DNA from: Eubacteriales bacterium | GTDB taxonomy: Bacteria > Bacillota > Clostridia > Oscillospirales > CAG-272 | Direction: 5' to 3' | Length of the DNA stretch: 29,534 nt | Assembly: GCA_045129535.1 (NCBI GenBank) | Contig: JBGVJO010000174.1 | Location: forward strand, 1-29,534 | In this document: one piece after another, positions 1 to 7,533 of the stretch | How positions within the stretch are numbered: the stretch's first letter is position 1 | Layout: every line of letters begins with the position of its first letter | Position numbers and translations under genes: made by a program | Notes under the pieces: generated by a model | The model's input: the letters and a program-made list of their open reading frames with translations, nothing else | What the model was told of the DNA's origin: nothing | The model's database searches: none

Positions 1-431
1 AACAGCTTCAAAAGCTGATTCATCAATACGTTATTCATTCCCTTGATTGACGGTATGTGAATAAATACTGTGTTTCGATTCTTTTTCAGCATATGGTAAT
101 AAGCAGCATTACACAAATACGCTGTTGGCTTGTTAGATACAGTATAGGTTATACCTGAATCTTTTATCACCTGTTCCAAAGACAGTATATCAAAAAAAGT
201 ACTAACTAATTCTCCGTTGTAATTGGCGCAAGTTTCAATCCGAATACTGTTTTTCAAATTTTTATCTATCCCAAACATATATATCGCGTCATAGTCGGTG
301 CGCAAAGATAAAATGTCCTTTTCTAAACCTTGAAATGAATTTGTTAGAAACAACTTGTCTCCATTTATTTGATTGACAAGTTGAAAGGAAGTGTTGTGTG
401 ATCCTTTAAAAGCTGTATATAACTTTCTCAT
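1..431 (-). CDS. Pyroglutamyl-peptidase I (peptidase C15)-like protein, 3' end runs off the window
   Basis: Manual translation from ATG at 431: MRKLYTAFKGSHNTSFQLVNQ...IRIETCA...PTAYLCNAAYYHMLKKNRNTVFIHIPSIK..., open to base 1. The E (IRIE), C (YLCN) and H (FIHIP) match the Glu-Cys-His triad motifs of C15 peptidases. The start overlaps the upstream stop (ATGA). Not in the ORF track because the stop lies outside the window. Confidence 0.72.
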   Translation of the reverse strand, partial: MRKLYTAFKGSHNTSFQLVNQINGDKLFLTNSFQGLEKDILSLRTDYDAIYMFGIDKNLKNSIRIETCANYNGELVSTFFDILSLEQVIKDSGITYTVSNKPTAYLCNAAYYHMLKKNRNTVFIHIPSIKGMNNVLMNQLLKL

Positions 432-787
432 TTGTTATCAATATTTGCTTTTGCCGTTCTGCAAGAAGAAACGAGCATCACGCGAAGCGTGGCGCATTTA
501 TCGGACAGAGTTTTATATTGCTTTTCATCAATGTAATTTGTTCTGTATGCAAGCTCAAGCCAATATCCTGTTTCACTCGCCTCTTTGAGCGCAATTTCAA
601 ACTTAGATATAAAATCCTTTTTGCCTTGTGCATACTGTGCCTCGTGGATATTTGCGCCGATGGAAGTGCCGCTTCTGCCGATCTGATTCGCAATTACGGA
701 TTCGTGATTTGATTTTAAGAATTTTACAAGATTTATAATGTCAACGGAAAACTCCATTGAAAGTTCACGCAATTTTGATTCAGCCAT
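428..787 (-). CDS. Four-helix-bundle protein (23S rRNA intervening-sequence protein-like family)
   Basis: 119 aa with the signature NQIGRSGTSIGANIHEAQYAQGKKDFISKFEIALKEASETGYWLEL; RBS GCGAGG upstream. Confidence 0.9.
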   Translation of the reverse strand: MAESKLRELSMEFSVDIINLVKFLKSNHESVIANQIGRSGTSIGANIHEAQYAQGKKDFISKFEIALKEASETGYWLELAYRTNYIDEKQYKTLSDKCATLRVMLVSSCRTAKANIDNK

Positions 788-810
788 AAGAGCACCTCGC
801 TTTCGGTTAT

Positions 811-839
811 ATTATAGCATAATTTTGACCGTTCGTAAA
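811..839 (-). promoter_or_regulatory. Sigma-A-type promoter for the four-helix-bundle gene pair
   Basis: Minus strand TTTACG-17 nt-TATAAT, with TG at the extended -10 position (TGcTATAAT). Confidence 0.6.
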
Positions 840-840
840 T

Positions 841-1015
841 AGTGATGTATCGGCTACGCCGAAGCGATGTTATAGCTTCGCCATAGTGATGTATTGCGCT
901 TTCGGCGCAAAGTGATGTGATGTGTTCCGCATCCTCACGCGCGAAGCGCACATCACTTCCGAAGGAAACATCACGCACGAAGTGCATATCTCGTTCCGCG
1001 CAAGCGGAACACATC
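841..1015. repeat. Array of short GTGATGT / ACATCAC units separated by mini-hairpins (REP-like)
   Basis: AGTGATGT at 841, 885 and 911; ACATCAC at 950 and 968; hairpins TGCGC-TTTCG-GCGCA, GCGC-GAA-GCGC, TTCC-GAA-GGAA, GCAC-GAA-GTGC and GTTCCGC-GCAA-GCGGAAC; perfect 12-bp inverted pair at 919-930 / 1004-1015. Confidence 0.8.
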
Positions 1016-1020
1016 GTTCC

Positions 1021-1058
1021 AAAACAAAAAGCACTTCTTACGAAGTGCTTTTTGTTTT
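1021..1058 (-). terminator. Intrinsic terminator of the tRNA operon (potentially bidirectional)
   Basis: Perfect 17-bp inverted repeat AAAACAAAAAGCACTTC-ttac-GAAGTGCTTTTTGTTTT abutting the CCA end of tRNA-Cys. Confidence 0.85.
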
Positions 1059-1132
1059 GGAGGCGTCACCCGGATTTGAACCGGGGGATAAGGGTTTTGC
1101 AGACCCGTGCCTTACCACTTGGCTATGACGCC
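1058..1132 (-). tRNA. tRNA-Cys (GCA)
   Basis: Reverse complement GGCGTCATAGCCAAGTGGTAAGGC...CTGCAAA...GGTTCAAATCCGGGTGACGCCTCCA; cloverleaf with encoded CCA. Confidence 0.97.
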
Positions 1133-1140
1133 ATATAAGT

Positions 1141-1168
1141 TGTGGGTACGAAATTTTTCGTACCCACA
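1141..1168. other. Perfect hairpin in the tRNA-Gly/tRNA-Cys spacer
   Basis: TGTGGGTACGAAA-tt-TTTCGTACCCACA, a 13-bp inverted repeat. Confidence 0.7.
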
Positions 1169-1171
1169 GTA

Positions 1172-1247
1172 TGGAGCGGATTACGGGGCTCGAACCCGCC
1201 ACCTCCACCTTGGCAAGGTGGCGCTCTACCAAATGAGCTAAATCCGC
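1172..1247 (-). tRNA. tRNA-Gly (GCC)
   Basis: Reverse complement GCGGATTTAGCTCATTTGGTAGAGCGCCACCTTGCCAAGGTGG...GGTTCGAGCCCCGTAATCCGCTCCA. Confidence 0.97.
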
Positions 1248-1250
1248 ATA

Positions 1251-1326
1251 TGGTGCCTCCGGTCGGAATCGAACCAACGACACGGAGATTTTCAGTCTCC
1301 TGCTCTACCGACTGAGCTACAGAGGC
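1251..1326 (-). tRNA. tRNA-Phe (GAA)
   Basis: Reverse complement GCCTCTGTAGCTCAGTCGGTAGAGCAGGAGACTGAAAATCTCC...GGTTCGATTCCGACCGGAGGCACCA. Confidence 0.97.
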
Positions 1327-1360
1327 ATCCTGCAGCCTCTAGTGCGTACCGTAGGCTACT

Positions 1361-1437
1361 TGGCGACCCGAAGGGGACTCGAACCCCTGACCTCCGCCGT
1401 GACAGGGCGGCGTTCTAACCAACTGAACTACCGGGCC
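1361..1437 (-). tRNA. tRNA-Asp (GTC)
   Basis: Reverse complement GGCCCGGTAGTTCAGTTGGTTAGAACGCCGCCCTGTCACGGCGG...GGTTCGAGTCCCCTTCGGGTCGCCA. Confidence 0.97.
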
Positions 1438-1440
1438 AAA

Positions 1441-1516
1441 TGGTGGGAACAATAGGGCTCGAACCTATGACCCTCTGCTTGTAAGGCAGATGCTCTCCCA
1501 ACTGAGCTATGCTCCC
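1441..1516 (-). tRNA. tRNA-Val (TAC)
   Basis: Reverse complement GGGAGCATAGCTCAGTTGGGAGAGCATCTGCCTTACAAGCAGA...GGTTCGAGCCCTATTGTTCCCACCA. Confidence 0.97.
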
Positions 1517-1570
1517 ATTCAGTGCGGCTTTTGGAACCGCCGCGTCGCGGTTGCCCTCGCGACGTGTTAT

Positions 1571-1599
1571 AGTATACCACGCCCCCTTTCGTTTGTCAA
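1571..1599 (-). promoter_or_regulatory. Strong sigma-A promoter of the tRNA operon
   Basis: TTGACA-17 nt-TATACT with TG extension; A/T-tract UP-element-like sequence immediately upstream (about 1603-1632). Confidence 0.85.
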
Positions 1600-1641
1600 C
1601 ACCTTTTTTCATTTTTTTCAAAAAAATTTTTTGCGGCCGTT

Positions 1642-2406
1642 TTATCCCTTCCGGCAGCGGGCGGCGATATACCACCGATCGCTGTTTCGGGTAGCCGGCG
1701 TGAAGTTGTAATCCTCATAGATACCCAGCAGCTCAAGCCCCGCCTGCTTCAGGGCGCGGCAAATATGGGCACGGCTGTAGCACCGCTCCGTCTGCACCGT
1801 ATCGGTGCGGCTGTATCGACCGTCGGACTGCTTTTCAAAAATAGTAAGGATAAAATCACACAGGCCGCCGGCCGGGTCAAACTGATTCTGCCAACAGCAG
1901 ACGGCGCCCTCGTTTTCCAGAATGAAATCATTGGTTCCGTAGGTGTGGCGGAATTTGTGGGGCGCATTTACGTCAAACAAAAACAACCCGTCGGGATTGA
2001 GGTAGTTATGGACCAGGGCAAAGCACTTTTTCAATTCTCCGTCCTCGGTGAGGTGATTTAGGCTGTCCAGGCAGCATACCACCGCGTCCACCGTACCGTA
2101 CAACTCAAACTCCGTCATATCCTGCTCCAGCAGGAGCACGCCGTACTGCCCGGCCTCTGCCAATCGGGTGGCGGCGATGGACAGCATGTCGGCGGAATTG
2201 TCCACCGCGGTCATATCGTAGCCCCTCTTGGCCAATTCGACGGTCATGGAGCCGGTGCCGGCCGCCAGATCGAGAACCAATTCCGGCTTCTCTTTCGCGA
2301 AACGGGCAAACTGCGCCTCCACAAAATCCGCCCAGCGGGCATAGTCCAACTCCCGGTTCATTTCATCATAAATGGGTGCCATCGCGGTGTAAGGCAGTTC
2401 GGTCAT
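1642..2406 (-). CDS. Class I SAM-dependent methyltransferase
   Basis: Motif I VLDLAAGTGSM, motif II AVDNSADML, and DAVVCCLDSLNH; RBS AGGAAA before the ATG. Confidence 0.9.
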   Translation of the reverse strand: MTELPYTAMAPIYDEMNRELDYARWADFVEAQFARFAKEKPELVLDLAAGTGSMTVELAKRGYDMTAVDNSADMLSIAATRLAEAGQYGVLLLEQDMTEFELYGTVDAVVCCLDSLNHLTEDGELKKCFALVHNYLNPDGLFLFDVNAPHKFRHTYGTNDFILENEGAVCCWQNQFDPAGGLCDFILTIFEKQSDGRYSRTDTVQTERCYSRAHICRALKQAGLELLGIYEDYNFTPATRNSDRWYIAARCRKG

Positions 2407-2424
2407 AACGGTTTCCTTTTCTGT

Positions 2425-3429
2425 TTATTGTAGGATGAGGCGGGATATATCCTCCGCCGATGCGCCGTGGACGTATTCCTCAACGGGCGCGGGCAGTGTG
2501 GCCAGAGCGGCGGTAATGGCATCCGTCCGCAGGGGCGAGCCGATGAGGGCGTTTTCCAATTCCGACACGGGCCGCTGGCCGAAATAATCGCCGAGAAGAC
2601 GAAGGGATTCGATCTCGCCGCCTTTGGCGGTATAGGATGCGTGGAGCGTGCCGAAGGGGAAGCGGCAGGTTTTCTCCGTCTCATGACGGAGGGAGGCGCC
2701 GAAATTCCACTCCCAGGTGGCGTATTTCTTATCCCGCAGGGCACGGATACCGGCCGTCTCCTCCTCCGTGAGGGGGATCAGCTCTGCCTCCGCGGAGACA
2801 GCGGCACGGGCCAGATAATTCATAAACGCCTCAACGGTCATCTCCTCGGGAAAGCCGGGCACGTCCGTCAGATTGGTGACTCTCTGCCGCACGCTGGCCA
2901 CGCCTTTGGCACGGATCTTCTCGGGGGACACCTTCAGCGCCGACGTCAGCCGGGACAGATCGGAGGAAAACAGCATCGTTCCATGATGGAGCAGTCGCTC
3001 CCCGCCGCCGGGCATCCGATGCACGCACTGGGCATTGCCGGAGATCTTGGCACCGCTCACCACGACGTCGTTGCGCCCGTCCGCCTCTGCCTCCACGCCC
3101 AGCGAAGCCAATGCCCGCAGGATGGGCTCCAGAAACGGGCGGAAATCGATGCCGCGGGTGGGATCGTGGGCGGTGATATAGGTGAAGTTCACGTTGCCCA
3201 GATCGTGGAACACGGCTCCGCCTCCGCTCAGGCGGCGGACCACGGTGATGCCTTGTTCTTCCGTGAACGGCACGTTTACCTCGGCCCAGGCGTTCTGATT
3301 CTTTCCGATGACCACGGCGTTATCGTTCCGCCACAGCATAAAGACGTCCTGCGTTTCGTTTTCCAGCAGGTATTCTTCTGCGGCCATATTGAAGTACGGG
3401 TCGGTGTAATCGTGAATAATAACGCGCAT
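2425..3429 (-). CDS. lplA: Lipoate-protein ligase A
   Basis: DPYFNMAAEEYLL, IGKNQN, VRRLSGGGAVFHDLGNVNF, RNDVVVSGAKISGNAQ, HHGTMLF, WEWNFG. Start trimmed to ATG 3429 (MRVIIH), which follows the RBS GAGGAA. Confidence 0.93.
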   Translation of the reverse strand: MRVIIHDYTDPYFNMAAEEYLLENETQDVFMLWRNDNAVVIGKNQNAWAEVNVPFTEEQGITVVRRLSGGGAVFHDLGNVNFTYITAHDPTRGIDFRPFLEPILRALASLGVEAEADGRNDVVVSGAKISGNAQCVHRMPGGGERLLHHGTMLFSSDLSRLTSALKVSPEKIRAKGVASVRQRVTNLTDVPGFPEEMTVEAFMNYLARAAVSAEAELIPLTEEETAGIRALRDKKYATWEWNFGASLRHETEKTCRFPFGTLHASYTAKGGEIESLRLLGDYFGQRPVSELENALIGSPLRTDAITAALATLPAPVEEYVHGASAEDISRLILQ

Positions 3430-3459
3430 GGCTTCCTCGCATAAGATAATGATAAAAAT

Positions 3460-3488
3460 ATTATAACGCAGACAGGGGCGGATGTAAA
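3460..3488 (-). promoter_or_regulatory. Sigma-A promoter for lplA
   Basis: TTTACA-17 nt-TATAAT on the minus strand. Confidence 0.65.
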
Positions 3489-3516
3489 GCAAATTTGGGG
3501 AATTCGAAAATTAGTA

Positions 3517-3545
3517 TAGGCAAATGGAAATTTATATGATATAAT
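3517..3545 (+). promoter_or_regulatory. Sigma-A promoter for the glycoside-hydrolase-like gene
   Basis: TAGGCA-17 nt-TATAAT with TGa extension; a second TATAAT lies at 3559-3564. Confidence 0.55.
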
Positions 3546-3563
3546 GGACACAGCATATTATAA

Positions 3564-3693
3564 TGGCAAAAAGTTTTCATTCGCCGGCTGTGTCCGCGAG
3601 CCATCCGCGTTGCCGCAAGCGGCACCGTTTCGCCCAGGCGAAATCCCGGATGTCTCCAAGCTGCAGGCGAATGCTGGCAAAGAGTTTTCATTC
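3564..3693 (+). repeat. 19-bp direct repeats flanking a GC-rich multi-hairpin segment
   Basis: TGGCAAAAAGTTTTCATTC (3564-3582) and TGGCAAAGAGTTTTCATTC (3675-3693), 18/19 identical. Confidence 0.8.
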
Positions 3694-3755
3694 TTTAAAG
3701 ACAATACACGCATTTTCTCACACCCAATCTCAAAAACGATTTGTGAGGGTATATA

Positions 3756-6416
3756 ATGGACAATAAATTTATCACCCAAAACCGGGAAGATTTCGATGGG
3801 ATGGCACGCACCCGGGACGTTTCCCTGCCACAGTGGGGACCCTACTCCTCCAACATCGCCGGCATCGTGCACACCGCCGATTCTGCCCGCGGTGCCGGAT
3901 TCCATCTCTCCGTCTTTCCCCGTTACTATCAGGGCAAGGCTCATCTCCCCACCGAACGGGAGGAGTCCTTTCACTTCCCATGGCTTGCCATGGAGGATCT
4001 GTCCCTGTATACCTATCGGTTTGAGTTGGAGTGGAAGGACCGTCTGTACTGCGATATTTCCTACATCCGCCTGAACGACGACGCCTATATGATTGAGGTG
4101 GAGGCTCACAACAACACCGGTGTGGCCCAGCAATTGGGCTTGCACTATCTGGCTTCCATGCAGTATCCTCTGACGGACGGCAAATACGCCGCCTGGGTAA
4201 AGCCGTTCTGCGACGGGAACTACACCTCCGTGGACGGCGTGGAATACGACGCGCTTCTGCTGGCGGATCCCGCCGCCGAGAAGGATCTGCCCCCTCAGGG
4301 CATGCGCGTCGGGGAGATTGTGGGACACGAAATGGTGGGCGGCCACGCGCTGGGCGGCCGATTCGGCAAGACCCCCGGCGATCGGGCAGACTACACCCTC
4401 TCCCGACCGGGAAAGGGCGATCTGCTTCTGACGATCCGTGCCAAAGGCCGTGCCCGCCTTGCTTTGAGCGGCGTGGTGGAAGCGGAATGGACGGTAGACA
4501 GCGACACGTTTACCCCCTACACGTTCCCCGTCCCCCCCGCAGAGGATGCCGTATCCCCCCTGACGATCCGCTGCATTGAGGGTGACGGCGCCGTCATGGA
4601 CGTGATTACCCTGTCGGATGCACCCGTGTCTTTCGTGCGGGAGGACCCGGCCTTTGTTCCCCAGCTCCATCGGGAAGACGGAACCTTAACCCTCTCCTAC
4701 GAAAACAGTCACGAATACGGCATTTTGTGGGACGGCGGCGACGCCACCCTGCGAGAGCTGTTGGGCAGTGACTGGGAAGCGAAAACCGGCGCCCCGAAAA
4801 ACATCCCCCACGAAATCGTGGAGGGGGATCACAACGCTCATTATACGGATCTGTACGTACGTCCGTTGTTCCTTGCCCCCTATGAAACGAAGCGGATGTA
4901 TTCGCTTATCTGCCACAGCACGAGAGAGGAGGGGCGGCTGCGTGAGCATTTCGCCCATTGGGCAGAAATAGAGCACGAAGCTTATGCGGACAACGCCTTT
5001 GACAAGATCCGCTCCCAATTGCTCCCCCCGGATGCCTATTCTCTCAGCCAGCAGCTCCTTCGGGCTGCTACCTTGACCAACATTTTGTATCCTATCCGGG
5101 GAAGAGACGGCTATACCCGCCGTTTCACCGGTGCCAAGCGGGACACGGTCCCCTCGACTCATTCCCTGGGTCTGATCGCCCTGGGACTGGTGCCCACCTC
5201 TCCCTGTCTGGCTATGGAAGTACTGAACAGCTGCCTGAGTGCCGACGGTGAAGAGAAAGTCCCCTTCGTTCACGCAGGGGATCCCACGCCGACGGTGGCG
5301 TACGCCTATAAGGCTTTGTGGGACAAGACCCACAACCGGGCGTTCCTTGCTTCCTTCTATCCCCGTCTCAGACAGTATTACCGTTTTCTGATGGGCCGCC
5401 ATCCTGCATCCGCCATGCGGCAGATGAAGTCCGGCATCCTCAATCCGGCAGCCTATATGCCTACGGATGAAAACAACGATATTCCCGTCTGCGCGGCGAT
5501 CCGGGAAAAGGGACTGGAGACCCGCTGCTGTCCCAACCACATCAGCATCCATACCATCGTTTTCGCACGGATCCTCCGTCACGCATCCGTCATTCTGGGA
5601 TGCGGGGACGAGGGCGAATACGATTCGGATATTGCCTCCCTGGGCAGCGCCCTGCAGGCCTACGCCTACGACCGCCGCAGCGGCTACTTCGGATGCATCA
5701 ACCACGACGAAAACGGAAATCCGGAAGGATTTTTACGCACCGACCGATTCCTCAACTACAACATGGGATACGACGGCGCGGAAATCCTGCTCAGCGGCAT
5801 CTGCAATCCCCGCCAGGAAACCGTTCTGGCCGGCTTTATGATGGATCCCGCCCGGATGTGGACGGATGTGGGCATTTCCAACGTGGACCGCTCTGCCCCC
5901 TACTACCGCCGGGACGGCTTCCGCAACGGCACCGCAGGCGTGACACAGCAGTGGTTTGCATTCCTCGGCATGCTGGGATGCGCCCACCTGGCGGATGCTT
6001 TCAAGATCGCCACCACGGCCCTGGACACCTGGAAATCCGAGACCGACGCCAGCTACAACTGCTACGAGCATTTCGTTCTGGAAACCGGTCGGGGCGGCGG
6101 ATGGCACTGCTCCAGCGATGCCTCTGCCCCGCTGTCCATGTGGTACCACACCCTGTTCGTGCCCGGCAACGTAATCGCTCCGCCGGACGTATGCGTGATC
6201 ACCTCCTCCTTCGGCGAGGGATGCGCGTGTGTGGATCTGAGCGTGGATGCCGGCCAGTCGAAGCGACCCGAAACGTCTCTGATCGTCTCTCTGGCGCGGG
6301 ACGATTACCGGGTCATGGTAAACGGCGAATTGGTGGAAGCCAAGTGCTGCGAATGCGCTTTGGGTATCCGTATCCCCACGGGACGGGTTTCCCACATTTC
6401 CGTTTATCCGAAATAA
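3756..6416 (+). CDS. GH63/MGH1-like (trehalase-type (alpha/alpha)6 barrel) glycoside hydrolase-like protein, active-site motifs divergent
   Basis: 886 aa; QWGPYS, YRFELEWKDRLYCD, NYNMGYDG, MWTDVGISNVDRSAPYY and NCYEHFVLETGRGGGWH resemble this family as I recall it; RBS GAGGG. Confidence 0.7.
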   Translation: MDNKFITQNREDFDGMARTRDVSLPQWGPYSSNIAGIVHTADSARGAGFHLSVFPRYYQGKAHLPTEREESFHFPWLAMEDLSLYTYRFELEWKDRLYCDISYIRLNDDAYMIEVEAHNNTGVAQQLGLHYLASMQYPLTDGKYAAWVKPFCDGNYTSVDGVEYDALLLADPAAEKDLPPQGMRVGEIVGHEMVGGHALGGRFGKTPGDRADYTLSRPGKGDLLLTIRAKGRARLALSGVVEAEWTVDSDTFTPYTFPVPPAEDAVSPLTIRCIEGDGAVMDVITLSDAPVSFVREDPAFVPQLHREDGTLTLSYENSHEYGILWDGGDATLRELLGSDWEAKTGAPKNIPHEIVEGDHNAHYTDLYVRPLFLAPYETKRMYSLICHSTREEGRLREHFAHWAEIEHEAYADNAFDKIRSQLLPPDAYSLSQQLLRAATLTNILYPIRGRDGYTRRFTGAKRDTVPSTHSLGLIALGLVPTSPCLAMEVLNSCLSADGEEKVPFVHAGDPTPTVAYAYKALWDKTHNRAFLASFYPRLRQYYRFLMGRHPASAMRQMKSGILNPAAYMPTDENNDIPVCAAIREKGLETRCCPNHISIHTIVFARILRHASVILGCGDEGEYDSDIASLGSALQAYAYDRRSGYFGCINHDENGNPEGFLRTDRFLNYNMGYDGAEILLSGICNPRQETVLAGFMMDPARMWTDVGISNVDRSAPYYRRDGFRNGTAGVTQQWFAFLGMLGCAHLADAFKIATTALDTWKSETDASYNCYEHFVLETGRGGGWHCSSDASAPLSMWYHTLFVPGNVIAPPDVCVITSSFGEGCACVDLSVDAGQSKRPETSLIVSLARDDYRVMVNGELVEAKCCECALGIRIPTGRVSHISVYPK

Positions 6417-6430
6417 ATACGCAAAAAATC

Positions 6431-6460
6431 AAGGCTGTTGCTTTTGCAACAGCCTTTTTT
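6431..6460. terminator. Bidirectional intrinsic terminator (copy 1 of a conserved hairpin)
   Basis: AAGGCTGTTGC-tttt-GCAACAGCCTT followed by a T run, between convergent genes. Confidence 0.85.
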
Positions 6461-6497
6461 CATATTCTTTTCCCCTCGGACATACAATGCCTTGGAA

Positions 6498-6743
6498 TTA
6501 CAGCTTCTGTTGCATCTCCGCCAGGCACTTTTTGCACACCTTTTTGTCGCGGAAGATGACCACGTCGTCTCCGTCTCCGCAGAACAGGCAGCAGGGCTCG
6601 TACTTTTTCAGGATGATCTTATCCTCGTCCACAAAGATCTCCACGCCGTCCTTTGCCTCCAGACCCAGCTGACGTCTGGTCTCGATCGGCAGAACGATTC
6701 TGCCCAGCTCGTCCACTTTCCGCACAATTCCGATAGATTTCAT
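6498..6743 (-). CDS. abrB: AbrB/SpoVT-family transition-state regulator
   Basis: MKSIGIVRKVDELGRIVLPIETRRQLG...EIFVDEDKIILKKYEP plus the clostridial C-terminal CxxC...CxxC; start at ATG 6743 after the RBS GGAGGG. Confidence 0.92.
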   Translation of the reverse strand: MKSIGIVRKVDELGRIVLPIETRRQLGLEAKDGVEIFVDEDKIILKKYEPCCLFCGDGDDVVIFRDKKVCKKCLAEMQQKL

Positions 6744-6813
6744 TTCTTTCCCCTCCATAATTGGTTATAACTGGATTTGATGTAAATCCGTGTCAATTCT
6801 TGTTTGCATTACC

Positions 6814-6842
6814 ATTATACCAAAAAATTCCTGTTCTGTAAA
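6814..6842 (-). promoter_or_regulatory. Sigma-A promoter for abrB
   Basis: TTTACA-17 nt-TATAAT with TGg extension. Confidence 0.7.
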
Positions 6843-6939
6843 CAATTAAATTGCAAAAAAATGGTAATTCGATCACAATTTACAATTTGTTTTTATCTGT
6901 GCTCGCATCTTGTTTGATTCTGTCGGGAGGTGACGAATT

Positions 6940-7533
6940 ATGTTGGGAATTTGCTTTTTCGTGCTCTGTTTTGTGTCCGTTTTGTTTACGGTTGTGGCCG
7001 GAGATCCCGCCGCCTTATCCAACGGTGTATTGGATGGGGCCGGCCGGGCTATGGAATTGATGTTCTCCCTCTCGGGGGCCATGGCCCTGTGGTGCGGCAT
7101 CATGAACGTGCTGCAGGAGGCAGGCTGGATCGGGCGGCTGAGCCGTCTCCTTTCCCCCATTTTACGGAGAGTCTTTCCTGCCTCCTGGGAAGATTCCGAC
7201 GTGAGAGAAAAGATTACCGCCGCCATCAGCGCCAATATTCTCGGTATCGGCAACGCGGCCACCCCCCTGGCGCTCTCAGCCATGGAGGCGATGCAGCGGC
7301 GCAATCCCACCCCGCACCGAGCCACGGACGATATGATCACCCTGGCCGTGGTGGCCACCGCCTCCTTCGATCTGCTGCCCACCACGCTGATCGCTCTGCG
7401 GAGAAGCGGCGGCTCCTCCGCCCCTTACGCTATTTTGCCGCCCGTATGGATCACCTCCTTCATGTGCTGCACAGCAGCGATTCTGCTTTGTCGCGGGGCG
7501 GGGTGGGCATGGAGGGACCGCCGTGAGAATTGA
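6940..7533 (+). CDS. spmA: Spore maturation protein A (nucleoside recognition Gate domain)
   Basis: ALWCGIMNV, ISANILGIGNAATPLALSAMEAMQ; RBS GGAGGTG; paired with spmB. Confidence 0.92.
   Translation: MLGICFFVLCFVSVLFTVVAGDPAALSNGVLDGAGRAMELMFSLSGAMALWCGIMNVLQEAGWIGRLSRLLSPILRRVFPASWEDSDVREKITAAISANILGIGNAATPLALSAMEAMQRRNPTPHRATDDMITLAVVATASFDLLPTTLIALRRSGGSSAPYAILPPVWITSFMCCTAAILLCRGAGWAWRDRREN

Noticed and set aside
428-787. Possible diversity-generating retroelement (Avd-like fold) or rRNA intervening sequence
   Set aside because: No reverse transcriptase, template/variable repeat pair or rRNA sequence in the window.
841-1015. Possible CRISPR array
   Set aside because: Units are only 7-8 bp, spacing is irregular, orientation flips midway and there are no cas genes.
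733-1711. Short ORFs overlapping the repeat array and tRNAs
   Set aside because: They are translations of tRNA and palindromic sequence with no RBS or protein features.
3544-3756. 70-aa ORF whose stop overlaps the GH start and which has an internal GK(K/E)FSF repeat
   Set aside because: Its ATG lies within the predicted -10 box with no RBS, and the peptide repeat simply reflects the 19-bp DNA repeat. A leader peptide cannot be fully excluded without ribosome profiling.
6760-6939. Spo0A boxes or a sigma-E promoter in the abrB/spmA intergenic region
   Set aside because: Expected from Bacillus biology, but I found only weak partial matches (for example TGTCAAT at 6791-6797), not enough to call.
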